Source: Armatimonadota bacterium (lineage in GTDB: Bacteria; Armatimonadota; UBA5829; DSUL01). From it: a DNA stretch of 64,000 bases. The stretch lies in NCBI GenBank assembly GCA_039811685.1, contig JBDHZC010000001.1, positions 800,001 through 864,000 on the forward strand. Reading direction: 5' to 3'. The first letter of the stretch is position 1. Each line of letters begins with the position of its first letter. The notes under the pieces are model-generated. The model was not told the origin of the DNA. It ran no database searches and saw nothing but the letters and a program-made list of their open reading frames with translations. Of the stretch, positions 1 through 10,583 are shown piece after piece. Made by a program: the position numbers and the translations under genes.

Positions 1-180
1 TTCCGTGAAAAGCTGTCTGTAGTTTTGCAGCCCAATGAACGTCTTGCGCGCTGAGAGGCCACTCCACTCGTACAGCGACAGATGGAAAGACTGCGCCATC
101 GGGTACAGCACAAAGAGCCCGTACAGCAGCACTGCCGGCAAAAGCATCAGGGCTATGAAGGTTGTTCTACCTTTTTGCAT
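1..180 (-). CDS. Carbohydrate ABC transporter permease (MalF/UgpA type), N-terminal part; runs off the window
   Basis: Not in the ORF track. Manual translation from ATG 180 gives MQKGRTTFIALMLLPAVLLYGLFVLYPMAQSFHLSLYEWSGLSARKTFIGLQNYRQLFTE, with the typical first TM and FIGLxNY motif. Confidence 0.85.
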   Translation of the reverse strand, partial: MQKGRTTFIALMLLPAVLLYGLFVLYPMAQSFHLSLYEWSGLSARKTFIGLQNYRQLFTE

Positions 181-583
181 CCACTTGGGATATTGGACGC
201 CAGGCGCCCAGCTCCCTGCGCCATAGGCCACAGTGCCAACCTGGCACTTCTTACAGTTTTTGCAGCGGCAGGTTTCACCCCAGTTGCGCGCCGGGTATTT
301 TTTGTGTGAGGCTGCGTGCGACAGACGCGTAGCCAAACATAGCTGAGGCGTCCAGGCCAATTTGTCTCTAAGACGAAAGCACGCCCACTATGTCCGCCCA
401 TAATGTTCCATCTGTGCGACTGAGTATAGCTACGCCCACATATATAGCGTCAGCGCACGCGTCCAACCGAGTATTTCTGCCTATAGTGTGGACATGCTAG
501 CTTGATGATTCAACGCGAGGACAGAACCGATCTGGGAACTAATTGGACACTTTCGAGCCGAAACGAACCACTTCTTCACACAC

Positions 584-2542
584 ATGAACACTCCTCACTC
601 ATCGCATGAGACTGATGATCCGTTCGAAAATGCGGACGAGACACTTGCGCTCTCCATTGTAGACGCGCTGCCGGAAGCGGCTTTTGTTACAGACCCTCTC
701 GGACAGATCGAGTTTTGCAACGAGCGCGCCAGGACACATTTCGGCGCACCTCCGGCGGACATCCTTTCCATCTTGAAGCAACGCACGCATCCGGACGACC
801 TGGCAGAACTGCTGGAGGGCTGGCAACGAGCGATTGACACCGATTCGCCTCTTGACACTGAGTTTCGCCTCCTGCAGCCGGCAGGCGAAATCTATCGCAT
901 CCAGCATCTGCAGTTCAATCCTATCAAGGACAGAAAAGGACAGGTGACCAGATGGCTCGGAATGGTCACGGACATTCACGATAGACAGCGCCTGGAAGCG
1001 GTGCGACGATTTCTGACTCAGCTTGCCTCGCTGCCACAGAGCTTTGGGCGGGGGTCGCAGACACTGACCGAAGCAGCGCGTCTGGCTGTCGCAACTATTG
1101 CGGATTGGTGCATTATTTATCTGACGGACGCAAACGGGGCCGTACGCCATATTGAGGCGGCGCACAGTGAGTTCGTAAAGTACGACTGGACAGGTGAGTC
1201 AGGCAGCCCGTCCTCCGTGGAGCACGACCTGCCCGCGGGAATCTTCAGCGTATGGCATTCAGGATCACCTGAGATACGTTCAGACGTCCACGATGAGGAT
1301 CTGAGAGCTCTGGCTCACAACGAAGAAGAGTTGCGGACTCTGCGTGAAGCGGGTGTGACGTCGCTGATGGTTTGGCCTCTGAAAGCACAGGGCAATGTGG
1401 TGGGCGCGGTTCTTCTTGCATCAAGCCAGCGCGGGCACAAGTATGACTCCACAGATATGGAGATTGCCGGAGCGCTGGCGGAGTGGATTGCTGCCGCAAT
1501 TGAAGCCGCGCGCTTACTCCATAGCAAAGACGACGAGATTGCGCGACATACTTTGGAGCAGGCGAGGCTGCTGGAGCGCGAGCAACGCTTTCAGGCGATG
1601 GCAGACGCGGCGCCTGTGTTGCTGTGGATGACTGATACAAACGGGGATTTCAGGCACTTCAACAACTCATGGCTTGAGTTTCGAGGCAGGACACTGGCGC
1701 AGGAAGAAAAGTCGGGCTGGACGCAGGGAGTCTACCCGGCCGATCTGGCGCTGTGGAAACAGTCCTTCGCCAACCATTTTAAGCGCCGTCAACCACTGCG
1801 CACGGAGTTTCGGTTGAGGCGCAGCGACGGAGAATACCGCTGGATGCTCAGCTCCGGACGAGCGCGTTACGCATCAGACGGGGCTTTCCTCGGGTACATC
1901 GGCTCCTGCGTTGATATAACCGCACACAAAGCTGCGGAGGAAGAGAACGCGGCTCTGCTTCATCAGATACAGAACGCGGCGCAGCACGAAAGAGAGTTCC
2001 TCCGGGATGTTCTGGCCAGCATGACGCAGGGGCGCGTGATACTGTGCGACACAGCCGCAGACCTTCCACTCCGGCTTGTCACCTGTGACGGAGAGATAGA
2101 TCTGGCGCCTCCAACTCTGCGTGTGTTGCGTGAGCACACAGAAAGAGCCTCACTCACAGCCGGGCTGCCTCAAGATCGCTGGGAAGATTTTATCACCGCC
2201 GTAGGGGAAGCCGCACTCAATGCTGTTATGCATGCGGGTGGCGGTATAGCTCACATTTACGCGCGGGCTGGCACGGTGCAGGTGTGGGTTGAGGACACTG
2301 GCGGAGGGATCGCTGTTGAAAAGCTCCCGAGGGCGACACTGGAGCGCGGCTATACAACCGCAGGGAGCTTCGGTCACGGGTTTTGGCTAATGCTTGAAAT
2401 GGCGGACAGAATCTGGCTCTTGACCGGCCCTACCGGCACGACAGTTGTGCTGGAACAATACTGCGCTCCTCCGGAGCCTGGCTGGCTTCAAGCGAAAAGT
2501 AACTCCGTTGCCACTTTCGGACCAATGCAGCCGGGCGCCTGA
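584..2542 (+). CDS. PAS-GAF-PAS sensor fused to an RsbT/RsbW-like GHKL (HATPase_c) kinase domain
   Basis: PAS/PAC motifs (THPDD...FRL, VYPAD...FRLRRSDGEYRWM), GAF segment (ADWC...PLKAQGNVVGAV), C-terminal EAALNAVMHAGGG, VEDTGGGI and GYTTAGSFGHG; no HisKA H-box. Confidence 0.85.
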   Translation: MNTPHSSHETDDPFENADETLALSIVDALPEAAFVTDPLGQIEFCNERARTHFGAPPADILSILKQRTHPDDLAELLEGWQRAIDTDSPLDTEFRLLQPAGEIYRIQHLQFNPIKDRKGQVTRWLGMVTDIHDRQRLEAVRRFLTQLASLPQSFGRGSQTLTEAARLAVATIADWCIIYLTDANGAVRHIEAAHSEFVKYDWTGESGSPSSVEHDLPAGIFSVWHSGSPEIRSDVHDEDLRALAHNEEELRTLREAGVTSLMVWPLKAQGNVVGAVLLASSQRGHKYDSTDMEIAGALAEWIAAAIEAARLLHSKDDEIARHTLEQARLLEREQRFQAMADAAPVLLWMTDTNGDFRHFNNSWLEFRGRTLAQEEKSGWTQGVYPADLALWKQSFANHFKRRQPLRTEFRLRRSDGEYRWMLSSGRARYASDGAFLGYIGSCVDITAHKAAEEENAALLHQIQNAAQHEREFLRDVLASMTQGRVILCDTAADLPLRLVTCDGEIDLAPPTLRVLREHTERASLTAGLPQDRWEDFITAVGEAALNAVMHAGGGIAHIYARAGTVQVWVEDTGGGIAVEKLPRATLERGYTTAGSFGHGFWLMLEMADRIWLLTGPTGTTVVLEQYCAPPEPGWLQAKSNSVATFGPMQPGA

Positions 2543-2678
2543 CGTCGCGCGAGTAATGCGCCGGAACTGATACCTTCACCGCTCACTGTGGAAAAACCAG
2601 AAGGCTTCAGAACGCACGGAGGCACACAGAGACCGAGGGCGAAACTCCTTGCCCGCGCACAGCGTATAGCCAATAGCT

Positions 2679-3308
2679 ATGTTGCAACAAAGCATTCAAT
2701 GGATTTGCTGGAATATCTACCTCGCAGTCATCCCGGTTATTCTGGGTTACGTGCTGGCGCGTCTGATTTCGCAGAGGCGACAGCGAGTTGTCCCGATGGG
2801 AATAGTCGCACTGGTGGGGGTGGCATGGCTGGCTTTTCTGCCCAACAGCTGCTACCTTCTCACGGAATGGCGGCACTTTCTGGATACTCTTTACTTTGGC
2901 GGACTCTACCACGAAGCCCGGCTCAGTCCGGACGGCGCTATGCGTTTTCTCGCCTACACCGCATTTTACGCGCTCTACAGCGGGTGCGGTATGGTCTGTT
3001 TCGCACTGTCGATTCGGCCACTTGCGCGCGTACTTCGCACGCGCGGCGTGAACGTGGTGCTGCCGGGCATCGCGCTGTTCTTACTGGTGGCGCTCGGGGT
3101 TTATCTCGGGCTCATCTTGAGATACAATAGCTGGGATATTGTCGCGCGCCCCGGTGTCATTGCCGCCTCAATCGCCAACGTACTCAGCCGTCCGCGCCTG
3201 GGCATGGTGATTGTGGGATTCGCTGCTTTTCTGTGGATAGCCTACAGCGCCATAGATATCTGGATTGATGGCTTTTCTCAGCGAATTAGCTCTCGCACCG
3301 TCACGTGA
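2679..3308 (+). CDS. DUF1361-type membrane protein
   Basis: WNxxLAxIP, WLAFLPNSxYLLT and LGxxLRYNSWD motifs; about 5 TM segments. Confidence 0.75.
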   Translation: MLQQSIQWICWNIYLAVIPVILGYVLARLISQRRQRVVPMGIVALVGVAWLAFLPNSCYLLTEWRHFLDTLYFGGLYHEARLSPDGAMRFLAYTAFYALYSGCGMVCFALSIRPLARVLRTRGVNVVLPGIALFLLVALGVYLGLILRYNSWDIVARPGVIAASIANVLSRPRLGMVIVGFAAFLWIAYSAIDIWIDGFSQRISSRTVT

Positions 3309-3342
3309 GTCTGATACCACAACCGTCTCTCAGGAGGAGAGT

Positions 3343-3903
3343 ATGCACGAGCGCCAGCTACGAATGGTGCGTCCAAACTTCGATACCCTGCCCGGCATTG
3401 CTTTACCCGATGATATTACGATACGAACTTACAGGGAAGGTGATGAAGCGCTGTGGGCAAGCATTGTCAATACCGGGCTCGGCGGCAGCCACACAGAGCA
3501 CTCTGCGCATCAAGAGCTGACTGATCGCCTGCAGTTCGACCCGGCAGGGCTGTTTTTTGCTGTTCTAGACGGGGAGGCGGTGGGAACGGCGTGTGCGTGG
3601 CGCGAACGGCCCGAAGAGTGCGAGGTCGGCTACGTCCACATGGTCTGTGTTCGGCCAGAAGCGCAGGGGCGTGGCCTGGGTTATCTCTTGACCCTGCACG
3701 TTCTGCACTACTTCCGCGACCGCGGATTCAGCAGCGCGATTCTGGATACGGATGATTTCCGTATTCCGGCCATCAAGAGCTACTTGCGACTGGGTTTCCG
3801 GCCGCGCTATTTTGATCTGAGCCATGCCGAGCGCTGGGAGCGTTTGGCGCAGGACGCTGGGCTTGCGCTACCAGAAGAGGTGGCTGAAGCCGTTCTGATC
3901 TAG
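3343..3903 (+). CDS. GNAT-family N-acetyltransferase
   Basis: Acetyl-CoA motif VRPEAQGRGLG and AIKSYLRLGF; GGAGGAG ribosome-binding site before ATG 3343. Confidence 0.85.
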   Translation: MHERQLRMVRPNFDTLPGIALPDDITIRTYREGDEALWASIVNTGLGGSHTEHSAHQELTDRLQFDPAGLFFAVLDGEAVGTACAWRERPEECEVGYVHMVCVRPEAQGRGLGYLLTLHVLHYFRDRGFSSAILDTDDFRIPAIKSYLRLGFRPRYFDLSHAERWERLAQDAGLALPEEVAEAVLI

Positions 3904-5747
3904 GCTTTGCGCCGAGCGAGGTTGCGATCCATCTCCCGCAGGATCCGCTTGCGGAAGCGAAGGGCGTCCGGAGTAACCTCCAGTAACTCATCGTCACCGA
4001 TGAATGACAGCGCCTGCTCAAGCATAAATTGTCGCGCTGGTGTAATAAGCACGGTAGCGTCTTCAGTGGAAGAGCGCATGTTGGTGGCGTGCTTGGCTTT
4101 GGTGATGTTCACCACCATGTCTTCTGAGCGCGAGTTCTCCCCGACTACCTGACCCTCATAGACCTCATCACCGGGAGAGATAAAGAACGTGGCGCGCTCT
4201 TGAAGTGGCGCTATGGCGTACGCTGTTGTGCGTCCAGTTTCCTTGGAGACAAGACTTCCGCGCGTGCGGGTAACAATGTCCCCACGGTATGGCCCGTACT
4301 CCTTGAACAACCGGCTCATCAAACCCAGACCACGCGTCCACGTGAGAAAATCTGTTCTAAAGCCAATCAGGCCCCGGGTAGGCACTTCGAAAATCAACCG
4401 GTTGTTGCCACCTTCGTCTTTCGCCATGGAGACCATTTCTCCGCGCCGGCGCGAAACCTCTTCGATGATAGTTCCAATAGCGTCATCGCTGACGTCAAGA
4501 GTGAGCTCTTCGATTGGCTCGCACAAGACGCCATCCACAGTCCGTGTGATAGCGCGAGGCTTGCTGACGGTAACTTCATAGCCTTCCCGTCGCATCGTCT
4601 CCAGAAGAATTGCGAGCTGAAGTTCACCGCGCCCGGAGACGTTCAGGGCATCGGGGCTACCCGTCGGCTCCACGCGAAGGCTTACGTTCGTCTTGATCTC
4701 ACGGTCCAGACGCGCTGACAGATTTCGCATAGTCACGTACTTGCCAGACCTGCCTGCCCACGGACCGTTGTTGACAACAAAATCCATGCTGACGGTAGGC
4801 TCATCAATCTGAATGAGAGGCAGCGATTCCGGCTGAGTGGCGTCGGCGATCGTCTCGCCAATCTGAACTTCCGGATAGCCCGCCAGCAGGACAATGTCTC
4901 CCGCGCTGACCTCATCGGCCTCACTCCGGTGCAGACCATCGTAAGTCATCACCCGCGTCAGCCCGAATCGATCCAGCGTGCCATCCCGCTTGATGATCGC
5001 CACCTGCTGCCCCCTGGTCAGGTGTCCTCGCAGCACTTTGCCACCGAACAGTCTCCCAAGGTGGTCGTCGTAGTCAAGCATCGTTACCTGAAGCTGAAGC
5101 GGCAAATCCATAGCAACTCTGGGCGCAGGAATGTGCTGCAGGATAGTCTTGAACAGCGGCTCTATACCGTGCGGCTCATCATCTGGATCGTTGATGGCGT
5201 AACCGGCTATTCCGGAAGCGAAGATGTAGGGGAAGTCAAGCTGCTCATCACGGCACCCCATCTCGATGAAGAGTTCCAGCACCTCATCCACAACCTCCCA
5301 CGGACGCGCCCCGGGGCGATCGATCTTGTTGATGACCACGATCGGTTGAAGGTTCTGCTCCAGCGCCTTTTTCAGCACAAAACGAGTCTGAGGCATTGGG
5401 CCTTCACAGGCGTCCACAAGCAACAGAACTCCATCAACACTTTTTAGTATCCGTTCAACTTCCCCGCCAAAGTCTGAGTGTCCGGGCGTGTCAAAGATGT
5501 TGATCTTGGCGCCGTTGTAGTGAACTGCCGTAACCTTGGACAGAATAGTGATGCCTTTTTCACGCTCCAGATCATTGGAGTCCATCACTCGCTCTGCGAC
5601 CACCTGGTTTGACCGGAAGGTGCCGCTCTCACGAAGGATGACGTCCACGAGTGTGGTTTTGCCGTGATCAACGTGTGCGATGATGGCGAGGTTGCGGATG
5701 TCCTCACGGACATTGATGGCCGGTGGCGTTAGCTCTGCAATGCTCAT
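3900..5747 (-). CDS. typA: Translational GTPase TypA/BipA
   Basis: [34 protein letters not shown], and C-terminal [15 protein letters not shown]. Confidence 0.97.
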   Translation of the reverse strand: MSIAELTPPAINVREDIRNLAIIAHVDHGKTTLVDVILRESGTFRSNQVVAERVMDSNDLEREKGITILSKVTAVHYNGAKINIFDTPGHSDFGGEVERILKSVDGVLLLVDACEGPMPQTRFVLKKALEQNLQPIVVINKIDRPGARPWEVVDEVLELFIEMGCRDEQLDFPYIFASGIAGYAINDPDDEPHGIEPLFKTILQHIPAPRVAMDLPLQLQVTMLDYDDHLGRLFGGKVLRGHLTRGQQVAIIKRDGTLDRFGLTRVMTYDGLHRSEADEVSAGDIVLLAGYPEVQIGETIADATQPESLPLIQIDEPTVSMDFVVNNGPWAGRSGKYVTMRNLSARLDREIKTNVSLRVEPTGSPDALNVSGRGELQLAILLETMRREGYEVTVSKPRAITRTVDGVLCEPIEELTLDVSDDAIGTIIEEVSRRRGEMVSMAKDEGGNNRLIFEVPTRGLIGFRTDFLTWTRGLGLMSRLFKEYGPYRGDIVTRTRGSLVSKETGRTTAYAIAPLQERATFFISPGDEVYEGQVVGENSRSEDMVVNITKAKHATNMRSSTEDATVLITPARQFMLEQALSFIGDDELLEVTPDALRFRKRILREMDRNLARRKA

Positions 5748-5888
5748 ATATTGGATGGATAAACACTAGAAAGGCCGGAGTTCCCGCTTGGGCTTCCGGC
5801 CGTTAAGTCGAAATCAGCGCTTCTTTCTACTATTCCATTTTACCACCAGGCGCCACTGCGGGGCAAATAGTTGTGACGAAGGTAGCTT

Positions 5889-5915
5889 TAAGATTTTGAA
5901 CACGCACGCTGATAA
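5889..5915 (+). promoter_or_regulatory. Putative sigma28 (FliA/SigD)-type promoter for the GGDEF gene
   Basis: TAAG-N15-GCTGATAA versus consensus TAAA-N15-GCCGATAA. Confidence 0.5.
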
Positions 5916-5922
5916 TAAGATT

Positions 5923-7032
5923 ATGTTCAATTTCCGCAAGAAGAGATACATCAGTCCAAAGTGGCACGATCGCTCGGCGCAGGAGCTTTCTGAGGTTGCC
6001 CTTCCGTTGGTGTCCTTTGTCCTCAGCGCCCTCAACACCCCTATGGATCTTGTCGTGAGCCCCGGTGCGCAACAGAGCCGGTCGTTCCTCGATTCCACAC
6101 TGCGCCTGCGCCAGCGCATCGGCGAGGAATGCGCGCGTCCTACAGATATCGACAGCGTGCGTGAAGAGCTTGAGAACCTGAGCGCCGATTTTGGAAGATG
6201 GCAGCGAGAGCAGATCGACCAGCTCGTGAGTGAGTTTGCGACGTCAGTTCAGACGCTGGCTTCCACAGCCAACGCGGCGGTTGACGATTCGTCTTCCACT
6301 CTTTACGGAATGACGGATATTCAGAAGTCACTCGAGCGGGTACACAAAAGCGATGACATAGTGGAGATCAGAAAGGTGGTCGCCACACAAATCGACGCGG
6401 CGAGGGCACTCATCCAACGGCAACGAGTTTCAGAGCAACTCCATCGGCAAACTATAGGCGAGCGCTTGAAGAAGACAGAGGCGCAGTTGGCCTCCGCGCG
6501 CGCCGCCAGCTACACAGACCATCTCACGTCCATCGCAAATCGCGCTGCCTTTGACTACTATTCCTCCACAACAATGCAGAAGACACGCGAAGGACAAGGG
6601 CCGTTTTGTGTGGCTCTGCTGGACGTTGACAGCCTCAAACAGATCAATGACAACTTTGGTCATGCGGCGGGGGATCAGGCTCTGAAAGCCATGGCACTGC
6701 AGCTCAATCAGTCCATCGGTAAGGCAGGACTTGTGGCGCGTCTGAGTGGGGACGAGTTTGGAGTTCTTTATCAGGGCCGCTCATCGTCGCTGCACAAAGC
6801 ACTGAACAGCGCTCTTGCCGCTCTGCAGCGCACACCTGTTACAGTCAACAGCGCAAACGGACGCAACCAGATCCGGGTTTCCTTCAGCGCGGGTATCGCT
6901 GGCTTTCGCGCCAACAGCCTCCTTTCGACCGTTCTTCGCAGCGCTGACGAAGCCCTGTACGCAGCCAAGGGGAGCGGCAAGAATCAGATTGTAGTAGCTG
7001 AGGAATGCGTGGAAGACCGCCAGGCCGCCTGA
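5923..7032 (+). CDS. Diguanylate cyclase (helical N-terminus plus GGDEF domain, SGDEF variant)
   Basis: TDHLTSIANR, LLDVDSLKQINDNFGHAAGD, ARLSGDEF, ADEALYAAKGSGKN; start taken at ATG 5923 rather than TTG 5788. Confidence 0.88.
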   Translation: MFNFRKKRYISPKWHDRSAQELSEVALPLVSFVLSALNTPMDLVVSPGAQQSRSFLDSTLRLRQRIGEECARPTDIDSVREELENLSADFGRWQREQIDQLVSEFATSVQTLASTANAAVDDSSSTLYGMTDIQKSLERVHKSDDIVEIRKVVATQIDAARALIQRQRVSEQLHRQTIGERLKKTEAQLASARAASYTDHLTSIANRAAFDYYSSTTMQKTREGQGPFCVALLDVDSLKQINDNFGHAAGDQALKAMALQLNQSIGKAGLVARLSGDEFGVLYQGRSSSLHKALNSALAALQRTPVTVNSANGRNQIRVSFSAGIAGFRANSLLSTVLRSADEALYAAKGSGKNQIVVAEECVEDRQAA

Positions 7033-7117
7033 GACACAACAGGACTGAGACCCAAAGCAGGCTTCAGCGACGACTTTCTGGAACAGCTTATCAGTCTTGC
7101 AAACTCAGGAGGTCGTT

Positions 7118-8197
7118 GTGAAAGAACTGAAAGTGGGCCTGATCGGGGCTGGAGGAATGGGGCAACACCTGGCGGTGCAATGTGATTCACTCGAAGAGGC
7201 GCAACTGGTTGCCGCTGCTGACCCGAGTGAAGAAGCGCTCCAGCGCCTGGCTTCCAAAGTGGGAGAGTCTCGCATAGTCCAAACAGCCGGGGCTGACCAG
7301 ACACAGGTGGGAGCGGGCACAGAAGTTTCCAGTGAAGACACAGCCGCAGCCGGCTCTGACGTCAGACGCTACGCTGACTACAACGATCTGCTCGCTTCAG
7401 ACGTTGACGGCGTCATTATCGCCGCACCGAATAATCTCCATGCGGATATTGCGGTAGCTGCGGCCAACAAAGGCAAGCATATCTTTTGCGAAAAGCCTAT
7501 GGCACTGGGCATAGCTGAGTGCGACCGCATGCTTGAAGCGGCTGAAAAAGCGGGCGTGACGCTCATGGTCGGGCAGGTTCTTCGGCTGATTCCCGTTTTC
7601 TGGCAGAGTCACAAAATCGCGACTGGTGGCGACATAGGAAAGCCATTTGCCATAAACATTACACGTCTTTCGAGCTGGTGGTTTGGTCCCGGCTGGCGAT
7701 CTCAGAAAGCGAAATCGGGCGGCGTAGTCTATGAAGTCCACGTTCACGAGCTGGACTTTATGCGCCACGTCCTGGGGGAAGCGGAATCCGTCTATGCCAG
7801 CATGGGGCACTTCACAGCGGCAGGCGTTGACTACGAAGACACTGCTTTCATTCAGATCCGCTTCCGGAACGGCGGCATCGGTTCACTGCATTGCGGAATC
7901 TCTTCAAGCGTGAACCAGTACGGCATGACCATCCAGTGCACCGAAGGCACACTTGTCAATGAGGGCTTTGGCAAGAGGCTACAGTACGCGCGATTTGGAG
8001 AATCTCACCAGGTTATCGAGCCGGAAATGATTACGCTTGAGGAGCCCTACCGCGCTGAGTTAGGCTCGTGGGCGCAGCACATTCTGCATGCGGAGCCTAT
8101 GGTTTTTGATGCGTCCGACGGCAGAGCGGCCATCGAGCTGGCCGAGGCAGCCTATCGCTCAGCGCAATCCGGCAGCGCAGTGCCCCTGCCACTTTAG
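7118..8197 (+). CDS. Gfo/Idh/MocA oxidoreductase
   Basis: GLIGAGGMG Rossmann motif, HIFCEKPMA, VHELD; AGGAGG before GTG 7118. Confidence 0.9.
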   Translation: MKELKVGLIGAGGMGQHLAVQCDSLEEAQLVAAADPSEEALQRLASKVGESRIVQTAGADQTQVGAGTEVSSEDTAAAGSDVRRYADYNDLLASDVDGVIIAAPNNLHADIAVAAANKGKHIFCEKPMALGIAECDRMLEAAEKAGVTLMVGQVLRLIPVFWQSHKIATGGDIGKPFAINITRLSSWWFGPGWRSQKAKSGGVVYEVHVHELDFMRHVLGEAESVYASMGHFTAAGVDYEDTAFIQIRFRNGGIGSLHCGISSSVNQYGMTIQCTEGTLVNEGFGKRLQYARFGESHQVIEPEMITLEEPYRAELGSWAQHILHAEPMVFDASDGRAAIELAEAAYRSAQSGSAVPLPL

Positions 8198-8278
8198 AGC
8201 GTAGTGGCCGCGCGAGGAAAGCCATCCAGCCGAACGGACTCTTACCGGAGTGAGATAATCGCTTATCCAGGCGTACGG

Positions 8279-8902
8279 TCAGTGATGCTGGGCGATCTGC
8301 CGATCCAGAAACGCCGGCCGGCGCGCTTCGAAGGCTGTGATATCTGACTCGTAACGCAGCGAGATACCGATGTCGTCAAGACCCTTCAGAAGGCGCTCGC
8401 GCCGCGATTCATCCACTTCAAAGCTCATCTCCCAGCCGTGCTGATCGTAAACTTTCTTGACTTCGAGATCGACGGTCAAAGAGTAACCGGGAGACTCTTC
8501 CGCGCGCCGAATGAGCTCCTCAACTGTTTTTTCCGGCAAAACGACCGGTAACATTCCATTCTTGAAACAGTTGTTGTAGAAAATGTCGGCAAAGGACGGC
8601 GCTATGATCGATCGAAAGCCGTACTGCGACAGCGCCCACGGAGCGTGTTCGCGTGAAGAGCCACAACCAAAGTTGCGTTCCGTGATGAGGATTTTGGCGC
8701 TGTGGTATCCCGGATGGTTGAGCTCAAACTCAGGATTTGGCGTCTTGCCGTCGTCCAGATAGCGCCAGTCAAAAAACAAGAACTCACCAAAGCCGGTGCG
8801 CTCAATGCGCTTCAGGAACTGCTTGGGAATGATCTGATCGGTGTCAACATTGGCGCGGGGTAGTGGCGCAACAATTCCCTGTACCTTCACAAACGGTTCC
8901 AT
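8279..8902 (-). CDS. leuD: 3-isopropylmalate dehydratase small subunit
   Basis: [39 protein letters not shown] overlaps the leuC stop (TGATG). Confidence 0.97.
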   Translation of the reverse strand: MEPFVKVQGIVAPLPRANVDTDQIIPKQFLKRIERTGFGEFLFFDWRYLDDGKTPNPEFELNHPGYHSAKILITERNFGCGSSREHAPWALSQYGFRSIIAPSFADIFYNNCFKNGMLPVVLPEKTVEELIRRAEESPGYSLTVDLEVKKVYDQHGWEMSFEVDESRRERLLKGLDDIGISLRYESDITAFEARRPAFLDRQIAQHH

Positions 8903-10317
8903 CAGATACTCCCTTTCACATCCCACGTGCGCACATCAACCAGATGTCCTTCAATCGCCGCCGCAGCCGCCATTTCCGGCGAAACAAGGTGAGTGCGACC
9001 ACCCTTGCCCTGACGGCCCTCAAAGTTGCGGTTGCTCGTGGACGCGCAACGCTGGCCCGGCTGCAAAACGTCCGGATTCATCGCCAGGCACATTGAGCAC
9101 CCTGATTCCCGCCACTCAAAGCCTGCGTCTGTGAATACCCGATCCAGTCCTTCTCGCTCCGCTTGTTCCTTGACAGCCGTTGACCCCGGGACTACCAGAG
9201 CCTGCACACCGGACTTGACCCTGTAGCCCTGGGCAATGCGAGCCGCAGATCGCAAATCTTCAATTCGCCCATTAGTGCAGGAGCCGATAAATACAACATC
9301 CAGCGGCAAATCCTGCATCGGTGTATTGGGTTCGAGACCCATATAACTCAGCGCCTGCTCGACTGCCCTTCTCTCGATCTCGTCGTCGAAGCTATCAGGA
9401 TCAGGCACCGATCCGGTGACAGGCACAACATGCCCAGGGTTGGTGCCCCAGGTCACATGCGGCGCCAGCGTCTCACCCTCGATTGTGACGGTTCTGTCAA
9501 AGACGGCTCCGTCGTCCGTGCGCAGGGAGTGCCAGTACTCCAGCGCCTTCTCCCAGTCCTGTCCCTGCGGCGCAAATGGACGGCCCTTGATGTAGTCGAA
9601 TGTCTTGTCGTCCGGCGATACCAGACCAGCGCGCGCACCGGCTTCGATGGACATGTTGCAGACCGTCATCCTGCCTTCCATCGTAAGCGATTCAATAACA
9701 GAGCCGCGGTATTCCACAACGTAGCCTGTTGCGCCAGCCGTTCCGATCTTGCCAATGATCGCCAGGACAACGTCTTTGGCAGTCACTCCCGGAGGCAGTG
9801 AGCCTGTGACTTCAATAGCCATATTCCTGGAACGCTTCTGAGGGAGCGTTTGGGTAGCCAAAACGTGCTCCACTTCGCTGGTTCCAATGCCAAACGCCAG
9901 AGCGCCGAACGCGCCGTGTGTGCTGGTGTGGCTGTCACCGCATACAATGGTTCGCCCAGGCTGGGTCAACCCGAGCTCGGGACCTATGACATGCACGATT
10001 CCCTGACGTGGGCTGTGAAGGTCGTAAAGGGTGATGCCAAATTCCCGGCAATTCGCTGTAAGAGTATCCATCTGCTGTCTGGAAATAGGATCAGCGATTG
10101 GAAGCGATCGGCTGGTTGTGGGCACGTTGTGATCCATCGTCGCAAACGTGAGGTCCGGGCGGCGCACTTTTCTGCCTGCCAGACGTAAACCCTCAAAGGC
10201 CTGGGGTGAGGTGACTTCGTGAATGAGGTGCAGGTCGATGTAGATCAGAGCAGGCTCTCCGGGCTCTTCGTGAACGACGTGCGCGTCCCACACTTTCTGA
10301 AAGATGGTCTTTGGCAT
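8902..10317 (-). CDS. leuC: 3-isopropylmalate dehydratase large subunit
   Basis: [40 protein letters not shown]. Confidence 0.98.
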   Translation of the reverse strand: MPKTIFQKVWDAHVVHEEPGEPALIYIDLHLIHEVTSPQAFEGLRLAGRKVRRPDLTFATMDHNVPTTSRSLPIADPISRQQMDTLTANCREFGITLYDLHSPRQGIVHVIGPELGLTQPGRTIVCGDSHTSTHGAFGALAFGIGTSEVEHVLATQTLPQKRSRNMAIEVTGSLPPGVTAKDVVLAIIGKIGTAGATGYVVEYRGSVIESLTMEGRMTVCNMSIEAGARAGLVSPDDKTFDYIKGRPFAPQGQDWEKALEYWHSLRTDDGAVFDRTVTIEGETLAPHVTWGTNPGHVVPVTGSVPDPDSFDDEIERRAVEQALSYMGLEPNTPMQDLPLDVVFIGSCTNGRIEDLRSAARIAQGYRVKSGVQALVVPGSTAVKEQAEREGLDRVFTDAGFEWRESGCSMCLAMNPDVLQPGQRCASTSNRNFEGRQGKGGRTHLVSPEMAAAAAIEGHLVDVRTWDVKGSI

Positions 10318-10583
10318 ACGATATATCCTTACAGACTCCCCGTGTCTTTACAGGCGTCCTAAGGGATTATACAATCCTGTGCAAGAGATTGAAGAACATC
10401 ATCTGGAGAGCACACCGTGGAAAACACGTGACGCTGCTGGAAGAAGACCTGGGTTCAGTCAGAATCGAGTTTCCGTAGCCGCGTTCTTGATCTCTCTACG
10501 AACAGCCATGACAAATATCGATGCTTTTGTTTTCGGACAACATATGACGATGCCTTATGCGCAGAGGGCAGAGGTGGCCTACG

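Noticed and set aside
3900..3903. Convergent genes sharing a CTAG double stop (and abutting stops at 47616/47617)
   Set aside because: Common in compact genomes; no further signal.
10318..10583. Leucine attenuator leader upstream of leuC
   Set aside because: The short minus-strand ORFs (for example MAVRREIKNAATETRF) lack Leu runs, and I saw no terminator or T-box motif.
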